From: Paraspadella gotoi | Taxonomy: Eukaryota; Animalia; Chaetognatha | Length of the DNA: 28,342 nucleotides | Direction of reading: 5' to 3' | Assembly (NCBI GenBank): GCA_051294375.1 | Contig: JBJCIZ010000064.1 | Coordinates: 48,251 to 76,592 of the forward strand | In this document: one piece after another, positions 10,473 through 21,442 of the stretch | How the letters are laid out: each line of letters begins with the position of its first letter | Numbering within the stretch: the first letter of the stretch is position 1 | Position numbers and translations under genes: made by a program | The notes under the pieces: generated by a model | Databases searched by the model: none | What the model was told of the DNA's origin: nothing | What the model saw: the letters and a program-made list of their open reading frames with translations, nothing else

Positions 10473-12457
10473 TCGTGTATTACCAAAGACCAAATATAAT
10501 GCACTGACGAGACAATTTTTTTTCCGTACATTGCATCTATTTCTGTCCAACTGTGATTTACCATTGATTTTAATTGCCGTAATGTTGATCAAAGAAATCA
10601 TTAAACTTTTACAATTGTTTCTAAGGGTACGGCAAAATGTTAATGCAAATAAAATGTTAAATTTGTTAAAGATCCGTGCGCTCCTGATTTTCCGCGTTAT
10701 ATATTTAGATATTTAATTCGAACTTAAGTATTTAGCAGTATTTTTCATTTTGAACCTTACTATTGTCGTCTAAACAGAGTTTTTTCCTAATAAATTCTAC
10801 ACTGATATTGAAAGTTTTAGCTAAAAATAATGAATCGATCCAAAAGAATAAAACTTGTTACAGACGAAAACCATAATAATAAATTATGTGAGCTCACCAT
10901 GCACCAGCATTTCTACAGTAACAGAACCCAGAATTTAAAGGTTAGGAGCGAGAAAGGGGTAAGGTTCCTCCCTAGGCAGAGGACTAAGAAATAAGGTTTA
11001 TGAATGTAATGTGGAGTCGTAGCACCAATACATAGCTTAATCAACCTTGGAAAAAGAACAGTTATTGTTAAATATTAGTCTTTTAAAATTTTTAATTTCC
11101 ACATGAAACAATTTAACCGCAGCCAAAACTTGTAAAACCATAAACCTAAGGTAAAATGTGGGGTTTTTTTTATTAATAACAAAACGATATAACATAATTC
11201 AAAGACAGTTCAGTAAGGTGAAATGTTAAGTACTTTTTAGTGCACAATAAATGGAAAATTATTACGTAAATTAGTATTCACAATTCAGTTTCAATAGCCA
11301 TAGTGCTTGGCTGCCGGTTAGTTTGCAATTGGATTCGGGCGCCCATTGAGGATCTTTTATCTAAAAGCAAAACTTTTCTTTCCTTTTAAACTTTTAAGTT
11401 AACTACATAGACCATGGTCATAAAGTTTCTTTTATCATAAATTAGCAACTTATTGTACGATACGAAGTAGAATTACTTTTCTTTTGTTTTAACTTTTCTT
11501 ACTCGCCAACAGATTTCTTACGTTGACTTGAATTCGTGTCTCAGGGAAAAAAAAAGATCTGTAATTGCTCGAAGCGAGTATTATTCTAATTTCTAATTCA
11601 ATCTCATTTAAATTTTAAGATAATATAATTTAGGAGAAAAACAATTTGTTTTTAAAACAACGAATTTTATTATTTATTATTGTAAAAACAAATTGTTTTT
11701 CTCCTAAATTCAAAACGAGTGCAACGAAATTGATAGTATTATACACCAAGATAATATTAAATAATCTCTCTTACTGATGAAGTTGGATACAATTTTTACT
11801 ACTGAAGGTAGTCCCAAATGATTAGTGATTTTGACATAGTTTAAAAGTTTTTAGAAAATAACCGATGTCGACATGCCATATCACCTACATATTTTCCCTG
11901 TATGTAATAAAATTGTACATCAACTGAACATATTACGACATCAATCGCGTTTTATTGCTCATTTTTAAAAGAGCTTAAAAGTTGTTTGAATTTCACTTTA
12001 TTGTTATTAAGGTCAGCGGTTGCATCGGGATTTTTTATATTTCTACAATTTGTACTAATTTGTTAAATGTTAAACTGTTTGTTTATTTATAATTTACTTG
12101 CTGTTTTCGTAGTTAAATTTGTTTATATTCTATCATATATTAGATTCTGTTTTTTACCCAACAATTGATTTTTTTTTTTTGGGGAAATATTTTTTTAAGG
12201 TACCTTTCTTCTTCCCTAATTGGCAGCATGAATTCCCTAACGCCATCCTCTGTCCAGACGTTTATTTGCTTAAGGCCCTACAATGTTTACTCCCTTCCGT
12301 CATTTATTCGTGAAACCTTTTCTTTGCGAACGATTGTCATTATTTTTCCTCCAGTTCCTGTATTAAAAACAATAAAACTTGCCTGTTGGAAATAATTACA
12401 AAACGATTTAAATCCAAAATTTTTTTTTTCTTCGCGGACCAAACTAGTTATACGCAT
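10469..12457 (-). CDS. Long AT-rich hypothetical protein with an internally repeated module (tentatively Bro-N-like), frameshifted
   Basis: Manual translation yields successive minus-strand peptides: MRITSLVREEKKNFGFKSFCNYFQQASFIVFNTG..., KQINVWTEDGVREFMLPIREEE, IDVVICSVDVQFYYIQGKYVGD/WHVDIGYFLKTFKL, QVLFFWIDSLFLAKTFNISVEFIRKKL and SMVNHSWTEIDAMYGKKIVSSVHYIWSLVIHD*. The start is approximate. Confidence 0.45.
11627..11710. repeat. Perfect 28-bp inverted repeat with a 28-nt spacer
   Basis: aatttaggagaaaaacaatttgttttta (11627-11654) is the exact reverse complement of 11683-11710. Confidence 0.95.
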
Positions 12458-12603
12458 ATACAAAAATTAATTCTAAAAACCAAATAGTCAATATGACAAC
12501 AAACTTTTAGGCATCAGGTAAACAGAATTTTTAAATGTAACCGACCATTAAATATCCGTATTAAATTAATAAATTAAATGTACTGAGAGGAGAGGGGATC
12601 GCC

Positions 12604-13320
12604 ATGTCAACTCTGACGTATCCCAGTAGGTTCCGGCATTTTTAACCGACCAGTTGCCTTGATTACCAGGAAATTTTCGAATCTACTACTGGCAAATGAC
12701 GCGTCCGACCAGGGCTCGAACTCTAATCTTGGGGTACGGAAGATGAAACCTCTCTTCCTCTCTCCAAAATCAAGTTTTATTTAATTTTAAAAAACAAACT
12801 CGTTTTTATTCTCAGGACTTTTTGTTTCTTTACCATTTAGCGTAGAAAAGATTAGCCTGCGAATTCTTATGCCCTGCTCGGGCATAATTCAAAGATCCCT
12901 TTAGCTGTAATACTATCGGTGCGGACATCAAGGCGAGCCCGGCGTCCCGCCTCTTTTGGCGCGATGGTCAAGCTTGGAAACACCACGACATCGGCGCATG
13001 CGATTACCATAACACGTCGACTGGCCAAAGACGTTCCGCGTCCCAGTAAAGAAATTATTTATATATAACGTAATCTTCAAAATGATTACGATTGTGTTAA
13101 CTCAAAAAAAGGGTCCGTATACTCTGGTCCCGAGGCGGAAATTCGCTCGTACGAGCTTCGTCGATACACGGTCAACCACGAATGCCTTTCACGACTTCAA
13201 TCTCCTACATAACGACTGCACCAGAATTGCCGACTGGTGCTGCTCCTAGTCGGCAGCTGGTTCGTCGAGTCAGGTCTAATCTCAACGAAAGTCTACGCCT
13301 TGTGGAAATTCGGCTAATAG
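12604..13320 (+). CDS. Hypothetical protein, probably spliced and frameshifted
   Basis: gccATG at 12604; candidate intron gtacgg (~12734) to ttctcag (~12816); CpG-rich body ending ...LHQNCRLVLLLVGSWFVESGLISTKVYALWKFG with tandem stops taatag at 13315-13320. Confidence 0.4.
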
Positions 13321-13718
13321 TATAACTTAATGTTTTTACGGAAAAATCTATAACTTCTTGTTAATTTTTACATTTTATTATTCTTTAAACAAATTTTAAT
13401 ACAATTACTTTCTCCCACCCTCCTTTTCCGACAAAACGTATTACGCTCAGATACTTTCTCGGTGTCGCGACAAAGTGGGACCCGGACCCGGACGGCCATG
13501 GGTTACCTCTAAAACGCAAACATCGCATATCGCATCATTTGAGTCAAAATGGTCGTTTCGGAAGAGAGGCACGATTCTGGCGACGGCTGCCGACTTGGGG
13601 CCTAGAAATACACTGACATTGCCATGCCTTTAATAAACCCTGAGGTAGCGTACTGTCATTATTTATCATATTAAATAGGTTAGTACTTAAGATGTTAAAA
13701 TGAGAGAAATTTGCCAAT

Positions 13719-14625
13719 TTAGACATACGGTTGTAAAAAAACTATAAAACCCGTGCTCTGCATTCCAACTTTGACCAAATCAGTCCGATCGAAGGCTGGC
13801 GGCAACTGCGCCGGTCTCTTGACCCCTGACCAGCATGGTGCTCGACTGAACGGGTGTCCAATCGCCCCCGTCGACTTGCCTTTCGCCGGCCGTCGTAAAC
13901 GGCGCGCCTCGCCGGCGCCTTTTCCGGAGTTTCCAACCGTGATTTTTGCGGGCGTGTCGGCGCGCGCAGCTCTTCCTCGGCGCGCGATCAAACTCTTCAA
14001 CTTCTTTAACGGCGGGGTCAACGTCCGGTTCCCTTTTCCCGGGTCGGTCGTCGTCGTCCTTTTCCTTTCCGCGGCGGCGGCGGGCTGCTCGTTCCCACAC
14101 CTCCGCGTTCCGCCTCTTTTTGGAGATCGAGACTTTTTATCCCCTGCCTCCTTGAGTGCCCTGGTCGCCGTTCCGGCCGCGCCCGCGCTTTTCTTTCCCT
14201 CCTTCCCCTCTCCTTTCTCTTTCGACCCCGTTTATTATAAGGTAGCGGGTGGGACGGTAGTAATTTTTGTCGATGGGTTTGGGTCGTCTCCGTTTTGACC
14301 GTCGAATCCCGGCAAGTGGGGCACCGCGGGCAAGCCCTGAGTAGTAATTTGGAGATTAGTTAAAATGATAATGAAATACGAAAACTACTTTTCACTACGA
14401 AGACAAGTTGCTATAACTGCTATTACAGAATCATTTCATTTCTATATAAAAAAAAGTCTGAATTTTTAACTGTCTCGTTACTTTGGCGTCCTTCGTTTGA
14501 GTGCTTTTCGTTTGTTTTTGGATCCCGTCCGCTGTGTTTCTCCGGTTGCTTCTCGCTTCCTTTGTCGTTCCCAAGGGCCGCCGTCGCACCCGTAATTTTT
14601 TTTTCATTTTGATGGCACGCTTCAT
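13719..14625 (-). CDS. Charged, low-complexity hypothetical protein, frameshifted
   Basis: Overlapping minus-strand ORFs 14431-14625, 13780-14100, 13742-13936 and 13719-14021 are rich in K/R/E/D (KEKDDDDRPGKREPDVDPAVKEVEEF). Candidate acceptor 'tactcag' at ~14337. This is a very GC-rich island. Confidence 0.4.
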
Positions 14626-14723
14626 CTCATGTTCGATAGAACCATCAGGTTCCCACTCCGGATTAAAACACCTTCCTCTTTTTTTGAAGCGTTTAATTTT
14701 TGAAAAAATTAAAGTGTAACGGT

Positions 14724-15261
14724 ATGGGATTTAAGACGTGTTCCGACAGGTTTTGTTTGTCGGATCGTCCTTATCGAAAACGCTACCAATTAGCAAGATT
14801 AATTATTTAGCAAAGATTTTAAAATGCGAGTTGATTAGAAAACTGAAATATTGAATGGTCAACTAATTGAAAAAATAAGACTGTTACATTATGGAATAGA
14901 CAATATTTAATAAAATGGATGTCAGCTATTCCTACTTAAATCTACTCGATTCTTATTTCCCAGGAATCTACGAATTTTTCCACGGAATTCCGGTTGGCAA
15001 CAACCCTTTTCCCAAACGTTCTCACATCGTCGAGATATTCTGACCCTTTCGTGGCTAACCTCTCTCCGCGTATTTCTAGTTCCCTTCGGCAACTAAATCA
15101 AGCCTTTCTTCTTTGGCAGTACACGAGCATGGAAGAAAGAGCCAAAGGGGTTGGACTCATCGGAGCTAATCCTTCTTATCAAGGCCGTGCGAGTAAGGTG
15201 TCAAAAACTAAGTACGCTTATTCGGGTTAAGCTCATTCAACTTCTTAACATAACCAATTAG
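14724..15261 (+). CDS. Hypothetical helical protein, frameshifted
   Basis: Stitched + strand peptides: EKIRLLHYGIDNI / NKMDVSYSYLNLLDSYFPGIYEFFHGIPVGNNPFPKRSHIVEIF / DPFVANLSPRISSSLRQLNQAFLLWQY / PKGLDSSELILLIKAVRVRCQKLSTLIRVKLIQLLNITN*. Confidence 0.4.
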
Positions 15262-15428
15262 CATTTCATTCATTTTGTCAACTGTCCCTTATAAAATGTT
15301 GTTTTCATCATCAAACTTTTTGTTTCTATTAACCTATTTTACCCGAAAGAAAGGAAATAATTATATATTGTCAAATCAAACTTCGTTTGGTTTTTGGTTT
15401 TATTTATCAATAAAATAATTAAATCAAT

Positions 15429-18400
15429 ATGGAAGATAGGCGAAGATGTAATCTAGAATCATTGATTCTCTTCCTTTCCAGATGCGCCGTGGCCCGCGTC
15501 TAGTAACGTCAAAAGCATGGTTTCTTCGACCCACGCCGTTGCTCCCCTCTTCATAAAATCTTGAGTTTTTTGTAGTCGTCATCAAATATTTTTCCTCCGG
15601 TATCTTCTCCTCTCTCTCTCATCTTCTCTCTCTCTCTCTTCTCTCTCGTCTCAACTCTCTCTCTCTTCCAGCTATCCGGATGGATCGAGATCAAAAACCA
15701 GTTTTTCCAATAAAAAACATTCTGACAATTTCTAAAAGTTACCAATGTTAATCACGAGAAGCGTAGGTTCTTGTAATTGACGAAAAAGAAATTGTTTGTT
15801 TTGCTATTTTAAAATGGGAAATAGCGAAAGACAACTGTTTTTGCGCCTTTTGCTAATAAGCGTTGAATTAAAAAAATATTAAAAGCGTTTTTGTGGCTAA
15901 TAATATAATGATAATAAAACAACCAACGACTGTGTTTTAATAAACCATTCACAACAAAATAAGTCCGGGTTTTTAAACAGAAATATTGATTATTCGTCGT
16001 CAAAAATTCAGAATAAGCTTGCTATCCAAGACACAGCAAAAAAATCAAGTATAAAATTACAAGCAAAAACAAAAACGTTTATGGCTGAGATTTTCGTCAA
16101 GTAATAAATCTTTCTACATTGTTTGCCTCATTGCTTTTTTGAGTTTGTGCTCCAAGCTAAAGGCCAAGAAATATCAGCCCAAGTCGATTTTACAAAATTT
16201 TCAGTTTGTACGAAGTTAACGACACTACGTCTTATATATAATGTGTATAATCGAGTAACAGTTAAAGAAAAACAAGTAAACATTTAACGACTCAATTACT
16301 GCTTTAAAACAACGTTAATCAGTTGTATAGAAAAAAAAAATACATAAGGCGCTTATTATTCTTAACTACGGTCCATCGGCAGAAAAAAATTATCGCATAA
16401 CCACATATAAACTGTCCAATAAAAAATTAAAGTTAAGACAATTTCTATCATCTTGTCGTAAAAGGTTTGAAAAAACTCATTTTCGGTTTGTTTATTCGAA
16501 AAGCGATGAGTCAGTTTTTGTTGGCATTAGCTTGATTTTATGGTTTAGGAAGAAGAACCGAATATTATTTTAACCTTAATGCATGGTAAAAGGTGCAATA
16601 TTTTTTTATCACTATCAGGGGATTTCTAAACGCTTGTATGCTAATTATTGAGCGATACAAACCAGCTTTGTTGAATGTTTAGCAGTTATTAAAGATTATA
16701 TTCGCGTTCATCGCTAAAATAGCACCTTTCGATAAAATACGTCTAGGATAATAAGAGGATAAATTTTTTGAAAGAGTTTTAAATTTTCGCCTTCTTCCAG
16801 GTCGTTAACGACGACCTCATCGAAAGCTATGTGTTTTATACCCACACACCACATATTTTGCAGGGATGTTGGTCCCTGTACTTTTTCTGCATCACATCAA
16901 AGATCTTCGCATTACTTGGGGAAGCGGACTGGTCTTTTAGTTTCGGAATAAAAACTGCAGGATATTGGCTGCCAGGAGACCAAGAGCCCCGAAAGCAAAA
17001 TTCTGGAATTAAAAGGTTTACTTCTAAAAAAGGACGGGAAGCAAATGTAGCTCCAAGGCGCTATGCCTCGGAACAACAACGGCTATATGATAGAAGTTGA
17101 CGCGGTAACATTCCGTCGGTAATAGTTCGCTGCAGAAATTGTTTTACCCAATGAAAAACACGCTGATGAACCGAATTTCTATCAGATTCAAAGAGAAAGC
17201 TAAGGGGGAATTTTTCTTTCTAATGCATCCTCCATTAAATTGTTTCTTATAACAGCGAGAATTAACGATAGCTACCTCCCTCCAATAGCTATGAAGACAG
17301 CAGTGTTGAGAATCTCGCTGGTGTGTAGCTTAACTACTACTACTGTCGCGAGAAAAACTGCCGGCAATTTCGATCAGGATTCGTTGTTAGTCAGCGCGGA
17401 TGCGCCAAAGAATAACCACTCAAAAAGCCTAGTTTTTTGTAGAGAGCTCTGTGCTGAGAGGAACTTAGTAAACCGAAAATAGAGCGAGAGAGTCCTAAAC
17501 CGAATCACACAGAACTCATGGATACAAAGCACGCCTCACTCGTACGCTGGACTGCCATTTTCGTGAAGTGGCTATATTTTTATTTCATTTGCATTTTCTC
17601 CGCATCATCGGATTGAGTTTTTTTTCTTCACGAGTAGGGAAATCTTGGCAGATGGTGTATTGCTTGGCTGTTTCCGGCTCCAAAATTGTATTAAGATCCA
17701 AAACCTCGTGATTTTTTGCAATTATTGGCTAGATTGGTTTTAGCTTTCTATTCTCGCTTGCGCATTCGCACTAACCATTGTGAAAGATTGGGAAAAAGAA
17801 ACCAGCTTGAAAAGATAAAAAGGGCTAAACAGCAAAAAGCATAAGGATGGAACGCCACTTTTGAAAAAGGTAAGCGAATCGCTCCGCGGACTATGTCATC
17901 CGCTGCAGATCACGGGCTCTCCAAGCGCCCATCGGGCCATTGTATAGGAATGTGGGATAAGCCTGGAATAACCCGGTAGTTACTGGAGAAAAGTTTGCTG
18001 CCTGGCGCGCAGTGAGTGTCCATGAGGTGGGTAGAGACAACTCCAGCTACATTAAAGCCGAGCGTACAAATCTTATGCCAATGTACACTGTGGGTAGACT
18101 CGTAGCAAATAATGGTGGTTAGAAGTCGCCAGTTTGTAATTGCGCATTATATGAAGACTGCACCGACAAAAACGGTTTCTCCCTATTTTATCAGATAAAG
18201 GACCCTGAGGAGGGACAGAGATTGTCCTCCAGCTGAAGAAGGATGCGCTCGTTGAAAAATAGTAGTCATTGGCACAAATTGTCGAGATATGCTTTGGTCG
18301 CAGACGAAGATTAATTCGATATTGTGACTCGTGTGCCAGCTGGGCGATTTCCAAAAGAAAATGTTTGGCAATGTGCTTTCGGTCCATTTAGTTTACATAC

Positions 18401-19740
18401 CCCCTCATTATGTCATCTGCCGAACAAAGAATGTGTTCTCCTTAAAACATAAAAGGGCAAACATGTTACTTTCGCCGACCGGGCTTTTGGCGTCCTTTTG
18501 AAAAACCATTTTAAAAATATTTATTCAAAAAATTTATAATTTACCTAATTTCCTTAATCTTAAAAAGCATCTTAACCTAATAAGGTAAATTCGCCCTAAA
18601 CCACGGTTGGTGATAAGTAAATTAACTGCATAACGAATATAGAATTGTACCGCAAATTTTATTTTAATGGAGTTTTTTTTAATATAACTTCACTCTTACT
18701 ATGCATTTAGTATTCGGTATCCATTTTCGCAGTATCGTGAGCCATCATTTGCCAGCAATAAGGTGAAAACCATAATAAAAGGGTGTAAAAGATATATTCC
18801 AGAGGGTAAAACGCCATATGGACGCTATTTTGTTCAAAACGTGTCTACTCCATTTTTAACCTAATTCCTGGACAAGTGTGTTCAAGACTCAAATGCGGGT
18901 TAGAAATATCGCGGCTTTGGCTTGTATCTCGAGAAGCTTCTTCCGCCACTAGTAGGAAGAAGCTTTCGAGTGATGCTTTTTATATTTTTCAACGATTGCG
19001 TGGAGCCGACTTTTTCGTTCCATTTGCCCGCTCTTAACGGCGAGCTCTCGAGCGTTTAGAAGTGGGGAGAGAAATATGAAATAGAAAACGAAAATGGGGA
19101 AAAACTATACTTGTCTTCAAAACATGTTCATCGACCGTACAAAATATAGAAATAATAATGGGAAATATTATGTCTCAGCCACTCCTTTTTTTTGAGAGTT
19201 AATAACGATTTACATGTACAATTTCATGGAATAAAAGAGTTGCGAGTGAAGGAGAGCAAAAAATATACCGCTCGTTTGCCGTAGAATTTCTGGTTAAATC
19301 AATAAAAAAAAAGAAATTTTAGAAGAGGAGTATAAATAATGTACGTATTTAAAAAAAATGAATAATAAAAGAAGCAAGACTACATGCAGAGTCGGAAGAG
19401 ATAAATTGGTAGATTTGTTTGAAGTAATACGTTGAAGGTATGCGATGAATTTAAATAAAAGATAAAATTGCAGATTGTGTAATTTTGTCTCTCTTTTCGT
19501 TGTTGTATGTCGTAATTGAGCAGGAATTCGGACACAACAGAAAAGTTTTTGTTACTGTTTTATGCAAGGAATTTATATAACAAGAGTTATAGGGACAATG
19601 TTTCGAAATGGTGAAAGTGAGTGAGGGAAGAAGATGAGAAAACAATAACATTTTTATGTACTTACAAAGAGAAATGAATTGGAATTATTCTTAGATTTCA
19701 ACAAAATTCATGTGTTTCTTTGTTGTAAGCATTTCAAGAA
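15429..19740 (+). CDS. Run of one to several + strand hypothetical genes, frameshifted; internal boundaries unresolved
   Basis: ATG at 15429; candidate 72-nt intron 15600-15671. Protein-like + strand stretches include VLVIDEKEIVCFAILKWEIAKDNCFLRLLLISVELKKILKAFL (~15766-15895), ORFs 16831-17100 and 17240-17482, CALYEDCTDKNGFSLFYQIKDPEEG (~18142-18216), YREPSFASNKVKTIIKGCKRYIPEGKTPYGRYFVQNV (~18733-18843) and KDKIADCVILSLFSLLYVVIEQEFGHNRKVFVTVLCKEF (~19458-19575). Confidence 0.3.
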
Positions 19741-19794
19741 GTATTTGTTTTATCTTCTCTCTCTCTCCTCACTCACTTTTCCTATTTAAAGAAA

Positions 19795-20400
19795 TCAACT
19801 TACTGTCCGGACTTTTTCCTTTCTTACCTTCAATCTGTCCTCACATCTGACCACTGTCCTTTTCTCAATTGTCTTTATTGGCAAACTCTCTCGCTCGCTC
19901 TCTTCTCCGCTCATGAAGTCCTCTCTCTCCTCTCTTCTCTCTCCTCTTACGTAATAATTGTTGATGAAGACTCGCAGCAAGAGTGATACAATGAACAAAA
20001 CTTTCGTTTTCGGTGCGACCGCCAACTCTAGAATATTTCAAATCCTCCCTTTAAACGCCTCCCCGCACTAGTAAGCCCAACCATTTTCCCATTAGGGATA
20101 CTCTCGCTTTATTAAATCTATAACGTCCGTTCAGATTATCTTCATATTTTGTTTTTTTTGGCCTTACTATTTTTCGGAACCGTGTTGCGAAGCTTCGCTA
20201 GTCTTAAGCTTCATTTTATTTCAATCCTTCCAAATGCTAATGGGGGCCCTTTGGCTTCTTTTTTTCGCTGGCGTGCTAGCCGCTTCGGATACGTCTAATA
20301 AACAGAAGCCGTGATAGAGGTTTGGCGGGATAATTATTTTCTCTGGTTTTCTCGTCAATTTATTTTGCCTGGTGAACAGTGAAAAATGAACGATCTTAGT
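19795..20400 (-). CDS. Hypothetical protein, frameshifted
   Basis: Minus-strand peptides TDVIDLIKREYP and NILELAVAPKTKVLFIVSLLLRVFINNYY lead into ORF 19795-20025. Several gtaag donor-like sites lie on the minus strand (19950, 19827, 19803). Confidence 0.3.
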
Positions 20401-20454
20401 AGAATTTTAATCTTGATATAAAAGGAAATAATTACGTAACTGAATACTTGCTGA

Positions 20455-21270
20455 TGTGCCTTAACCCATGTCGTGTTCAAACTTCATTCGCAATATGCGA
20501 AATTTCTCGTTATCGAAGGCATCAACCGTTGAACGGTTTCACGGTTCCCGGACGATCAAAGTGCCTGGACGGGCCAGGATTGGAAGTCTTAATGCTCGCA
20601 GGTAAATAAAAGCGTAATAAGGCGTGGTGAGAGACTTCCCCTAAGCACTAACGACCTGCCATCCTCTCTGGACCTCGTCGAATACACAATCACTCATCGT
20701 GACCAATCGTCCCTTGGGCGCCGATCCCCGATATCTCTTCGTCCGCGGGCGAGTTCCATGGATACGAATCAAAGACGGCGAGGTGAAACGCAAAAGTTAC
20801 ACCCACAAGATCTACGAGGTATGTCGTTACCGTCTGGAAGACCCCGGAACCGTCGGCAGAACAGGCGTCGTCGGGAGAGAGGTTTGTTGGTGAATTTTTT
20901 CTTCCACTGCATTTCACCGATTCCCTCTCCTTTACGACTCGCCCCACAACCGCAGGAGTGGGGACCCAACCACGGCGGCGACAGCAATCGTGCAACGAGA
21001 ATGGAAAGAGAGGTGCCGGGGGAATTGCTAAAGATATCGACTCCGTCTCGAGACGACCCGTCTTCATCCAGGTCATTTCGATTCGGACGCAAGGATTCCG
21101 GCGAATGGGCCTCTTCTGTTGGAGGGTACTTTCATGTAGAAACCGTCAGTGTGGTAAAGGTGGCTCAGTCAACCGAAGCTGGGTTCAGGCGCCGATCGGG
21201 GTCTCCAAATCGGTGGCTCCAATCAGGCGATGAGCGGACTGGCGAGTCGAAGATTTGCAATCAGTCTTAG
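20455..21270 (+). CDS. Hypothetical protein, frameshifted
   Basis: TATAAAAGG at 20417 precedes an ATG at 20455. Overlapping + strand ORFs 20699-20893, 20758-21270 and 20958-21233 lie in GC/CpG-rich sequence. Possible donor cag|gtaaat at ~20602. Confidence 0.4.
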
Positions 21271-21442
21271 AGTATGGGAGTTGTATCTTGAAAAACTGTG
21301 GAGAGGTATAAAAGGATAACATATAAAAGGGGAGAGCGGACCAAAGGCACTATTCTGATCCAAGAACCTGTATTCTACACGTATACATGTTATTAATTAT
21401 TTAGCACGAAACTCGATATCACTTGAAAGGCAAGAAACATAA

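Noticed and set aside
20100-20290. bHLH-like words (LAKLRNTVP) on the minus strand
   Set aside because: No ERxR basic region or helix-2 signature.
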